Of a stretch of 64,000 bases of DNA, positions 44,360-53,800 are shown piece after piece. The stretch's first letter is position 1. Every line of letters begins with the position of its first letter. A model generated the notes under the pieces. The model was not told the origin of the DNA and searched no databases. It saw nothing but the letters and a program-made list of their open reading frames with translations. The translations under genes were made by a program, and so were the position numbers. Source of the DNA: Naegleria gruberi (Eukaryota); assembly GCA_000004985.1 (NCBI GenBank), contig GG738880.1. One strand, given 5' to 3'.

Positions 44360-45205
44360 ATGAGTGGAGAAGTAGCAAAAGCACTTAATCTTGTCAAACA
44401 AAATCTTGTTCAAACATTAAAGGTAGATATTTTGATAATTACATCCGATGGAAATATTTAATTTTGGATCATTTAGAAATTAAATAGAGGAGAAAATACA
44501 TGCCGATTGGTTGCTGTCAGCAAGACAAAACCTGTGGAATTAATTCAAGAATGTTTGGATGCTGGACAATTACATTTTGGAGAAAATTATATTCAAGAAA
44601 TATGTGAAAAAGCACCAGTAATGTCAAAGGATATTAAATGGCACTTTATTGGACATCTTCAATCAAACAAAATTAAACAACTTGTAGAGAAAGTTGAAAG
44701 TTTATACATGGTAGAAACAGTTGACAGAGTTAAAATTGCTCAAACTTTGGAAAAAGCTTGGGCTGCTACTCAACGTGAAAATAAGCTTAACGTTCTTGTT
44801 CAAATTAATACTTCAAATGAGGAAAGCAAATCTGGAATTACAACAGTTGAGGAATGTGAAGAAGTTGTCAAATATATTCAAGGTAGGTGTTATTTGTTTT
44901 ATTACCAACCATGAAATACCAAACTGTTTCTGCCAAAAGAACAATGTCCACATCTTAGTTTTAGAGGTCTGATGACAATTGGAAGCTTCGAACACAGCCA
45001 AGATCCAGAAAGAAATCCTGACTTTGAAAAATTAGTTTGGTTCAGAGACGAATTATTGAAAAAGATGGAATCTTTGACAAACATTGAAAACTTTGAATTG
45101 AGTATGGGAATGTCACATGACTATGAAATTGCCATCAAGTATGGAAGTACCAATGTTCGTGTGGGAAGCACAATTTTCGGTGCCAGAAATTATGCAAACC
45201 AATAA
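44360..45205 (+). CDS. Pyridoxal-phosphate homeostasis protein (PLPBP / PROSC / YggS family)
   Basis: Exons 44360..44422 (MSGEVAKALNLVKQNLVQTLK), 44477..44882 (KLNRGENTCRLVAVSKTKPVELIQECLDAGQLHFGENYIQE...IKWHFIGHLQSNKIKQL...VQINTSNEESKSGI...) and 44940..45205 (EQCPHLSFRGLMTIGSFEHSQDPERNPDFEKL...ELSMGMSHDYEIAIKYGSTNVRVGSTIFGARNY). Introns: 44423..44476 and 44883..44939. It is collinear with human PLPBP (RLVAVSKTKP, HFIGHLQ, VQINTSGEESK, GLMTIGS, LSMGMS, GSTNVRIGSTIFG). Confidence 0.9.
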
Positions 45206-45206
45206 A

Positions 45207-47591
45207 TTATTTAAAGTATGAATATTTCACTTTCTGTTGTTCTGGTTGTGAATCATAGAATGGAAGAGATCTCTTCTTTGTTGAAGCTACATCCTCATCT
45301 TGATAATCTTCATACTCAACCACTACATCTTGATTTTGTTGTTGCTGTTGATACATGTATTGTTGTTGGGCATATTGTTGTTGAGCTTGAAGTTGAGCCT
45401 GTTGTTGAGCTGCATACATTTCTTCATCAGATTTAAGAGCAGAGTCTTTCAACATTCTACAAAATGATCTTAATCTTCTATACTTGTTAGTAATATATTC
45501 TATTAATAATTTCCAATCTTCATCCTTCTTTTCAAGAACAAAATATGATTTAGTTGATAAAATCAATTGAACAAATTTCTTATATCCATTAACTCCAGCG
45601 CTACTTTTGAGGGTAATTTGGAAAAGACCCTTCAGACTTGCGTGAATTTGTCTCATATAGGCGTGGAGATGAGGATCTAATTGTGCAATATATTCCATTA
45701 ATATCTTTCTTTGTTCTTGAAGTGCAGGATCTTCAGTTTCAATTTCATCCATCTGTCTCAATACAGTTGTAGTTGTATAAGAATAATAGTAAGAAGTTTC
45801 TTCCATTGGTGTAACTGGAGGTATCCATGATACATATCTCAAGAAAATCATTACAGCTTGTCTGTCTTGGATATTTTCGTTTCTCAAAATATAGGCATAA
45901 ATCTTACCCAAAAGAATATTTGCTTGTATGACTGTTTCCTTTTGGTTTTGGTGTGAAATGGCTGCATAAGACAATAAATGCAGCACGAGTTGCAGATATT
46001 CACTATCAAAATGAATATATTGATCTGTTTCTGCAAGAATGTCTTCAGTAAAGTGCCCAGATTCAGTAGGATCAGATGTTATGAAATTCAAATGATCTAT
46101 TCCTGTCACTCCAACAAGTTTGACGGCATAAGCAATAACTCCACCAATGTTGGCTGGAGTAACAACATCCAAAAGTGATCTAATTATTTCTACAGTTCTG
46201 TTCATGTTTGGATGTTTTTCCACTTCTTCCATTTGTTCCATGAATAATGAAAGAAGATTCACTAATTTTTTGGCTTCTGCATCCTTTCCTTCCTTGTCCT
46301 TGATTCTTGCCAAATGTTCAAAACATTTTCTCAAAAAGGCTTCTTCCTTTGGATTTTCTCCAAAAGCAGAAATGTCAGCACCCTCGTTTTTAATTCTGAG
46401 CTTCTTTTCTTCAAAGAGCTCCTCAAGTAATATTTCAACGAGTGGTCCTTCCTCTTTGGCATCTGTACAAAATTGTTTGACTTCATCAACTAAATCACTA
46501 TTTCTCAAGGAAAGGAGAACAACATTTTTAAGTACAAATATTAATCCAAAGCCAAGCTCTGAATTTTCTACCAGCAAATTGTAAACTTTCTCGTTCATAT
46601 CCAGCACAAACTCTTCTTCTATCGATTCTACTTTCTTATTTACAAGGTTAGTCACATATGATGGTACTCGAAGATAATTCACTAAATTGGATTTTTTCCA
46701 TACTACTTCCAACTCCTTTTCAAATTCAACAATTTTTTCATTAACTGTTGGTTGAGCATCTTCATCTCCATTGTCATCACCAACTGAAAAAGTGGAAGGT
46801 GCTGGCGTTACTATAGTGTTTGCATTATTTTTGAAATTTGTTTCTATTACACATTCCGTAATTTGAAGGAGGATTTTGGCCTTGAAATCTAAAAACTCCT
46901 TTTTAGTTTTCTTTTTGCTTTTCTTTTTAGCTTTAGGTTCTGTTTGTTGTAATAGATAACCTAAAATTTGTTTTATCAGTGTGGAATCCAGCTTTCCGTC
47001 CTTCATAATTTTAGGTTTAATAGAGGCATCATCCAAAAACTTCATAGTTTTAGATTTAATGGTTTGTGATGAGAGTTCATCAAAAACCCTCTTATTATCT
47101 CGCAAAGCAATTTCTTGTACACCAGACCAAAAAACTTTGCCTGTATATGTTTTCCTTGTTAAAACACTTTCCTTTTCGAACACTGTTACTGTTGGAACTA
47201 TATTTTCTATTGATGATGGTTGTGTTGTGTTTGGTGGTAAGTTGTGTTGTTCCTCTGGTTTTTGTTCAAACAAGAAGATGTCATCATTGTGGTCGTTTAC
47301 CTTTTCCAGCAAAAACAGGCCACTGGTATCATGTGATGAATTATTCACTAAATTTGAAGTATTATTACTAGCAAAAACATCCAAACTTTCACCCGATAAC
47401 ATAACCTCTTCTTTATCACTCTTTCCAAATAACAAGGAACCATTACTAGCTGCTATAGAAGAGGTATTCAACAACTCTGTTGGAGGTTGATGCTCCTCTA
47501 TCTTTATCAAAGAAGGATCAACACTCGGTGATGAAGTAAAATCATTCTCCAAACTAGTTGTATGTTGTTGTTGGTGTTCAGTATCGCTCAT
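45207..47591 (-). CDS. Hypothetical large helical-repeat protein (794 aa) with a Q-rich C-terminus
   Basis: Continuous ORF with good codon usage, a helical armadillo/HEAT-like composition and a C-terminal AQQQAQLQAQQQYAQQQYMYQQQQQNQ tract. No motif I can name. Its stop (45207..45209) is 1 nt from the PLPBP stop. The plus-strand ORFs 46147..46584 and 46981..47490 are antisense shadows. Confidence 0.5.
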   Translation of the reverse strand: MSDTEHQQQHTTSLENDFTSSPSVDPSLIKIEEHQPPTELLNTSSIAASNGSLLFGKSDKEEVMLSGESLDVFASNNTSNLVNNSSHDTSGLFLLEKVNDHNDDIFLFEQKPEEQHNLPPNTTQPSSIENIVPTVTVFEKESVLTRKTYTGKVFWSGVQEIALRDNKRVFDELSSQTIKSKTMKFLDDASIKPKIMKDGKLDSTLIKQILGYLLQQTEPKAKKKSKKKTKKEFLDFKAKILLQITECVIETNFKNNANTIVTPAPSTFSVGDDNGDEDAQPTVNEKIVEFEKELEVVWKKSNLVNYLRVPSYVTNLVNKKVESIEEEFVLDMNEKVYNLLVENSELGFGLIFVLKNVVLLSLRNSDLVDEVKQFCTDAKEEGPLVEILLEELFEEKKLRIKNEGADISAFGENPKEEAFLRKCFEHLARIKDKEGKDAEAKKLVNLLSLFMEQMEEVEKHPNMNRTVEIIRSLLDVVTPANIGGVIAYAVKLVGVTGIDHLNFITSDPTESGHFTEDILAETDQYIHFDSEYLQLVLHLLSYAAISHQNQKETVIQANILLGKIYAYILRNENIQDRQAVMIFLRYVSWIPPVTPMEETSYYYSYTTTTVLRQMDEIETEDPALQEQRKILMEYIAQLDPHLHAYMRQIHASLKGLFQITLKSSAGVNGYKKFVQLILSTKSYFVLEKKDEDWKLLIEYITNKYRRLRSFCRMLKDSALKSDEEMYAAQQQAQLQAQQQYAQQQYMYQQQQQNQDVVVEYEDYQDEDVASTKKRSLPFYDSQPEQQKVKYSYFK

Positions 47592-47821
47592 TTTTTTTCC
47601 ATATTTTTAAAGCAAGCGGTTGAATCGTCGATCTTATTGCGCTTGAATTGTTGTGCTCCACCAACTCCTCGTAAATCATCAGCACAAGGACTTTTGCTAA
47701 TATTTGATGAAACAATAGTACTCAATACTCAATATTATTATCCACATCAAGGAATTAATAGGGTATTTGAAAGAATTTAAAAGGGAATATTTAATAATTT
47801 ATTTTGAAAAATCATTAAAAA

Positions 47822-48733
47822 ATGTGCTTGTTCGGAATTGAAAAGATTACTCAAGGAATTGCCTCTTATTGTTCATCGTTGAATGATGTGAGAGCTGTGG
47901 GCAGTGTTTGTAAATCGAGTCATCAAGCAGTGTTTGTATCTAGTGGATCGGAGAGTGTTATTTGGAAAGTACAGTATGATAGAATTTCCAAGAAGGCTTC
48001 ATCATTGCCATCATCATCGGGTAATAATGAAACATTTAAATCTAAATTAATGAAATTGGTTATCAATGAAAAGTTTACCAAAATGAAATCGGTCTTCTCT
48101 GCAAAGAAGGGTCAATATATTCTCTTACAAGATATTGAATTTCCATCAAAATTTACATTGTTGGAAAAGAATTCTTTATTATTAGTGGATCAACTCTTCA
48201 CCTTTTTAAATGTCAATAATAAGAATAAGGGACATGGTGATAGAATTTCTAAGTGTTTCCTTGTGATTGTTAGATGTTTGGTTGCTGTGAGTCAATTCCA
48301 CTCTTCGGAAAAGTTATTGGATTTATTCAAGAAAGTGGTGAACAAGTTTATTGAATTATTTGGATCTCAATTCCATGATTCATTGGTGGATTTTGCTCCA
48401 AAACATAAGCCAAGATCTGTTCCAAAGGAAAAGGCCCTTGCACTCATCATTGAATTGGAACAAAGTGTTGTAGGAGTATTATCATACTTGATTCTTGTTG
48501 AAAAACTCAATTCAGCAAATCACAAGGCAGGTCTCTTCTCAAATTTATTGGATTATCAGGTTAAAGCTCAAAATGAAGAGTTAAAGTCCACTTTGTGGAA
48601 TGTATTAGTAGAGATTTTCAATAATCATGCATCAACTCTTGAAATTCTGAAGAAAAAGGGTTCCAAAGATATCATTTCAAATTTATCAGTGGAAAGTGAC
48701 GAAAAAACCAAAATATTGAGTGTATTCAATTGA
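47822..48733 (+). CDS. Hypothetical protein (303 aa), with a possible N-terminal F-box-like helix
   Basis: ORF with typical codon usage. The N-terminus, FGIEKITQGIASYCSSLNDVRAVGSVCKSSHQAV, is loosely F-box-like. The remainder is alpha-helical with no recognised domain. Confidence 0.4.
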   Translation: MCLFGIEKITQGIASYCSSLNDVRAVGSVCKSSHQAVFVSSGSESVIWKVQYDRISKKASSLPSSSGNNETFKSKLMKLVINEKFTKMKSVFSAKKGQYILLQDIEFPSKFTLLEKNSLLLVDQLFTFLNVNNKNKGHGDRISKCFLVIVRCLVAVSQFHSSEKLLDLFKKVVNKFIELFGSQFHDSLVDFAPKHKPRSVPKEKALALIIELEQSVVGVLSYLILVEKLNSANHKAGLFSNLLDYQVKAQNEELKSTLWNVLVEIFNNHASTLEILKKKGSKDIISNLSVESDEKTKILSVFN

Positions 48734-48786
48734 GTTTGACCATAAACTAATTGATTTTATTCAATGGGTTTGAGTTTATACAAAAT

Positions 48787-49431
48787 TTAATCCGAAGTAT
48801 CCATTTTGTTTGAATTATTGGAAAGCAAAAAGGAGGAGGAAAATACAGCTCTATCTTGTGGAATATCTTTAGATGTTGGTTCAACTTGTTCCTTTACAGC
48901 TGGTGTTCCAACAGATGAAGAAGCAGCCTGATTTGGAACATTGGATTGAGAATAGGTTAGTGTAGTTGTTGGTGTTGTTTGCTTCTTTTCAAATTTATCA
49001 ACATCAATGAGAGCACTGACATCATCGAATGGACAACATTTTAGAATGGCCATTGTTGGAGTTTGTTTCTTCTTCTTATTTGGATATGCTTGAAGTGAGG
49101 AGGAGGGATATGTTTTCTCAACCTCAGTTTCAATTGGAGTATTATTTGCTTGTGCCTTTTCAAAATCTGAAAGTTTCATTGGAGCAGCTGTTGCATTTGA
49201 TGATGTTGAAATGTTATCATTTTCATTTCTACTTGTTTGCTGATTGAGAAATTTACCCAATCCATACTCTTCTGTACAACATTTCTGTGCCAATTCTTTA
49301 GGAGTTGATCTCTTCTTAGATTGATGATGTAACTGTGGACTAGAATCCATAAAGGATGTAAAGAATGATCGATTCTTCTTATCCTTCTTTGCTGGAGCAA
49401 TATTTGAAGTGGAAAGATTGAAAAAGCCCAT
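48787..49431 (-). CDS. Hypothetical S/T/K-rich protein (214 aa)
   Basis: ORF with an ATG start, typical codon usage and two CC pairs (KCCTEEYG, KCCPFDD). No assignable domain. The ORFs 49029..49247(+) and 49176..49502(-) overlap it and are probably spurious. Confidence 0.35.
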   Translation of the reverse strand: MGFFNLSTSNIAPAKKDKKNRSFFTSFMDSSPQLHHQSKKRSTPKELAQKCCTEEYGLGKFLNQQTSRNENDNISTSSNATAAPMKLSDFEKAQANNTPIETEVEKTYPSSSLQAYPNKKKKQTPTMAILKCCPFDDVSALIDVDKFEKKQTTPTTTLTYSQSNVPNQAASSSVGTPAVKEQVEPTSKDIPQDRAVFSSSFLLSNNSNKMDTSD

Positions 49432-49628
49432 TGAATTGATTTGGTTGTTTTTTTACTATTTGTTTCTTGTTCAATGAATAGTTTCTTCAGGAAAGATAAC
49501 ACACTCTGTTCTCAAAATGGAGAATTACATATATAGAGTTGTTACTTTTTTACTTGAGTGAAGTGGGAAGTTTCTCATTTTTAATGAATTTGAACTTTAT
49601 TTACAAAATATTTACAAAATAGTAACAA

Positions 49629-50096
49629 TTATTGAATATCAATTGATCTAGTCTTTTTCTTTGGTTCTTCAACTACTTTTGGAACAGTAACTCTCAAAAC
49701 ACCATGTTCCAAAGCTGCCTTGACCTTATCAAAATCAGCATTTGGTGGTAAATAGACAGTTCTACTGAAAGAACCATGTGATCTTTCAACGCAGTGATAT
49801 CTTTCATTATCTTCCTTCTTTTCCTTTTCAACATGACCACTGACAGTCATGGTTCTATGCTCTTCATCAATATCAATCTTTAAATCATCCTTTGTCATAC
49901 CAGGAACATTACAAACAATTTTAACTTCATTTGTAGTTTCAGAAACATCAGTGGTTGGTTTAAATTCAGGAACTAATCTATCATCAAATCTATCAAATGC
50001 TCTCAAGAATGGATCATCAAAGAAAGTATCAACCCAATTATTGGTTCTGTGTTGTCTGGCCAATTGCTTATTATTGTGATGATTGTTGGAGCTCAT
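49629..50096 (-). CDS. Small heat-shock protein (alpha-crystallin / Hsp20 domain)
   Basis: Start taken at the Met at 50096 (MSSNNHHNNKQLARQHRTNNWVDTFFDDPF...). The alpha-crystallin domain reads PTTDVSETTNEVKIVCNVPGMTKDDLKIDIDEEHRTMTVSGHVEKEKKEDNERYHCVERSHGSFSRTVYLPPNADFDKVKAALEHGVLRVTVPKV. The ORF-track upstream extension to 50282 reads as low-complexity leader, and its start is uncertain. Confidence 0.85.
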   Translation of the reverse strand: MSSNNHHNNKQLARQHRTNNWVDTFFDDPFLRAFDRFDDRLVPEFKPTTDVSETTNEVKIVCNVPGMTKDDLKIDIDEEHRTMTVSGHVEKEKKEDNERYHCVERSHGSFSRTVYLPPNADFDKVKAALEHGVLRVTVPKVVEEPKKKTRSIDIQ

Positions 50097-50616
50097 TTTC
50101 AGTTGTTGCTTGTTTTGCAGTAGTGATTGTGTATTATTTGTTTTTTTTGTTGTGTATAAAAGGATTAGAGTGTTGTGATTGAATTTATAGTCCTGTATCT
50201 CAAATTCCGAGGAAACTTTTTTGGAAATTTTAAAATTAAAATTTTGTAATTCCGTTACAATACAAATTTGGCTTGCATTCAAAAATGGTTTCCAACAAAG
50301 TTGTGATCTCGATTCCGATGGTGCTTTTTACGGAACTTCCACTGGATAGCAACACCTTGAATCATCCATTCACATACAACAAGTCTTGTCCTTCTTCCTC
50401 CAAGCAACTATACAGTATATCCATCAAGGTTTCATTATTTTCCTTGACTATTAATATTTCTATATTTCACAATAGCTCGCAACAATTTAAATCCATTTCA
50501 ATTATTTTATTCTGAAGTATGTTTATAAATTGAAACAAATGTTAAAAATGAATGTCTTAATCATCCTTAAATTAGAAAGACAGTATTGTGAACAATACAT
50601 CCAAAAAGTATCCTAA

Positions 50617-50805
50617 ATCCAAACCGCTTTCCGCAGTTACTTTGAAGAGTGCCTCAAAGATATCGAAAAAAGATGGGAAAATCAATCTGAAAGATATTTA
50701 TTTTACAGAGATAAGCATCAAATTGATGAAGAACAGTTGTTTGCCATTTTGAGTACTGAAAGACAAGCACCTTTAGAATTTGAACCTTGTGATGAAGATG
50801 ATTAA
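50617..50805 (+). CDS. Unlisted ATG-less ORF, probably the terminal exon of a small acidic protein
   Basis: Open frame 50617..50805 (stop TAA at 50803) encodes IQTAFRSYFEECLKDIEKRWENQSERYLFYRDKHQIDEEQLFAILSTERQAPLEFEPCDEDD with good codon usage. It has no Met, so an upstream exon is needed (for example, the ATG-initiated segment at 50283..~50426 ends ...SISIK before a GT). It does not overlap any annotated gene. Confidence 0.3.
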   Translation: MQTAFRSYFEECLKDIEKRWENQSERYLFYRDKHQIDEEQLFAILSTERQAPLEFEPCDEDD

Positions 50806-50852
50806 ATAAAGGGAATAGAATGCGAAATATTGAATTGGCTGACAATGATAAT

Positions 50853-53800
50853 TTATTGTTTGAGAGCAGAGCCCATTTGTTCTTTCAATTCGAATAATTT
50901 GTTCATTTGTTGATAACTGGATGTAATGAAGAAACGAGAGAAAGTATCATCCAAGTTAACCATCAAAGCACAATACATATCCTTTAAAGTCTCTTTCAAA
51001 TCATCGCTTTCAATCTTGCCACTTTTAATCAATTCGAATTGAGAATTGAATGATTTCTTGATGTGATGAGAAAAATTGATTTCCATTGGAGAATTAGTTG
51101 CCACAAAATTTTCATTCCATTCAGTAAATTCTTTTTCCAGATCTTCCATTGATGGAATATTTCCCCTATTAATTTCCTCAAGAATAGGATAAAGTTTCTT
51201 CCAAAATATTACATTTTCTAATGAATGTTCTGTCTTGGCAAATTGTTCAAAAACTTGACAAAGTATTGGTTGAATAAGAATATCCTTGATTTGATTATCC
51301 TCTTCCACATCTTCATTTCCAATCTGTGAAGTATAACCCTTTTTAGAAGCCAAGTATTCATAAATGGAAATAATTGAAACTAATCCACCAAAACTTAAAA
51401 TCAAAAGTAAATTATAAATCACTTCAAAAATATAGCCAACAATTAAATAGCTCTCTCTTGCATTGAGTGAAGTCTGTGAGGTGAGATAGGAGAAACCCAT
51501 TGCATTGGAAATTACATAGAACGCAATACTAATGAAAAATAAGGCAAATTCCTTTCTGAAGGAAAGATTGTCATTCACAATAAAGTAATTCTTGATTGGG
51601 TTAATGAAGAGTTTCTTATCTGTTTCTTTCAATTTGGAATTCAATTGAACATATCTCAATTCCATATAAATATCCACTGCATAGATAACACAAACAAGTA
51701 ATGAAATGGTCATTACAAATGCAAATAATGAGCTTGACATAATTTTTGTGTAGGTGTCTCCATCAATTGCACTCCTTCCCATCAGTGAAATGAAGATAAC
51801 AAAATAAATAATAATGAATAGAGCAATAACAGCATTCCACACAATAGAGAAAAACTTGTTGGTGAGAATGATCTTGGTCCACTTTAAAAAGGTATCAGTT
51901 TGAGTTTCTTTCTTTTCACTCAAAATGGCCATCAATTCATAAACATATTTGAATGTAATATATCTCAAATTGAACATTAAATAGTTCAATAATGAGAGGC
52001 AATAGAAAGTGCAACTAATCATTGTAAAAACGGATTGGACTATTGAGCTATCTCCACTTCTATCCAATAACATTGAACCAGGAATAATCACGCTAAAAAG
52101 CAGTTCAATAATAAGAGATACCAGGGCAAAGTAAGGAAGATACCATCTGCTCTTTGTTGGATTCCTTCGTGAGGTTATAATTAATCCAACAATTGCAACA
52201 ATAGCCAATACAATCAAAATTGAGCTGACAACAATTTTTCCAATGGTGAGAGGTATGCTACTGTATTTGGTAAATTGAAGGAATGCAGAGAATGTAGTGG
52301 TATGATTACATTGACAGTCAATAATACCATTAGATTGGTCAACCAGAGTTTTACATCCATCTGTTTTCCATAATCTTTCAGTTTCATCGAAATACTTGCA
52401 AGAAATAGTTAGTTGTGTGGAATTGGATTGGATGCTTTCTATGGTGCTCTTATCTACATTAAATTTAATGCTGATAGGGTTAGAGAGATTCGAAACGTTG
52501 AGAACTTGACCATTGGAAATATACTTGAGATCAGTAACCTTGGCCAAATTGACAAATGACGTTCCTGCTAATCCAATTAAATTATTGTAGGAATAGTTAT
52601 TACTCAATACAGATCCAGATATTAAGGAGGCCAACTTTTCAACATTTAAATAGGTAACACTTCCAATAGAAATATCTTTTAAAGTACTTAGCTCACTAGG
52701 AGTTACTACTGTGGTATTTCCATCAGAAACAATTGATTGATTGATATTTCTGGCAACTGACACTATAAAAGAAGCTGTAACCACTTGGAAAATACTATCT
52801 GATTGGGATGAAATTCTAGTGGCCACCATTACCGTTTTCTCAATAATTGAATTACTTTCTGAGCTAATATTGAAATTTTGAGACGAGTAGCAGTTAGAAT
52901 ATGCCATTAATACATTTGACAATGTTGATTCGTATGAAGCACTTGAGGTCTTTAAGGTATTCGAATCCAGTTGACTAAGTTCCTTGGAAATATTAACAGC
53001 TAAATTAGAGATGGTGTTCAGAATAGTCGAACTAACTTGAGATTGGGATGTAATGACAGACAATGCTTCTGTAACTTTGAGAGTTTCATCAGCATTGGAT
53101 GCATTTCTTTGTAAAGTTGAAATAGCGTTAGTGACAAGTTCCAAAACTTGAACAACATTAGTTGACTTGGAATAGGTATCCTTATTAGATGCAATGGTAG
53201 CAACATCACTAATTGGTAAAGTTTTGAGGAAACTTTCAGAAAAAACACTTTCGTATTCCATTACTTGTAAAGTATTGGAAAAGTCAACTGTGAATGATTC
53301 AGTTCCTAACGTGGCTGTTATAGAACATGAATAATTTCCCTTCTTCATGAACTTATCAATTGAAATAATCAATGGATTGGTGAATGATTGGATGTTCAAA
53401 GGTGTATTGAAATATGTGGTCAATTGATTTTTGCATTTCATTTCATAAGTAGCTGATTGGTAAACTGATTTGAATGATTCCGCATAGTTCAGTACTACTT
53501 TAACACTTGTATTAGTGTAAGTGACAGTTGAATAAAACTTTACATCAAATACAGGAGTCAGGCAATCTTTTCCATACCATCCACTTGTACAACCTGAAAT
53601 TACATACTTTCTAATAGTTGAATCTGCAACAATTATAGATCCATCATTAGTAATAGAAAGTGAGTTTGGCTGGAAGAGTATTATTTCATTCTTTCCTGGT
53701 GTTCCAATTATTGTTGAGATAGTATTCGATGATCTATACCATCTTCTAATACATTGATTGGATTTTTCTAAAATAGCCATATCTCCATTAGAAAAGAATG

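Noticed and set aside
46147-47490. Plus-strand ORFs 46147..46584 and 46981..47490, and similarly 62172..62687, 53018..53248, 26187..26375
   Set aside because: All lie antisense within long conserved minus-strand genes. Their translations are S/F/L-rich nonsense, with no independent start or splice support.
50150-50165. TATAAAAGG TATA-box candidate upstream of the sHSP ORF
   Set aside because: It is on the plus strand while the sHSP gene is on the minus strand. It also lies inside the region that the long ORF would translate, so it cannot be this gene's TATA element as oriented.
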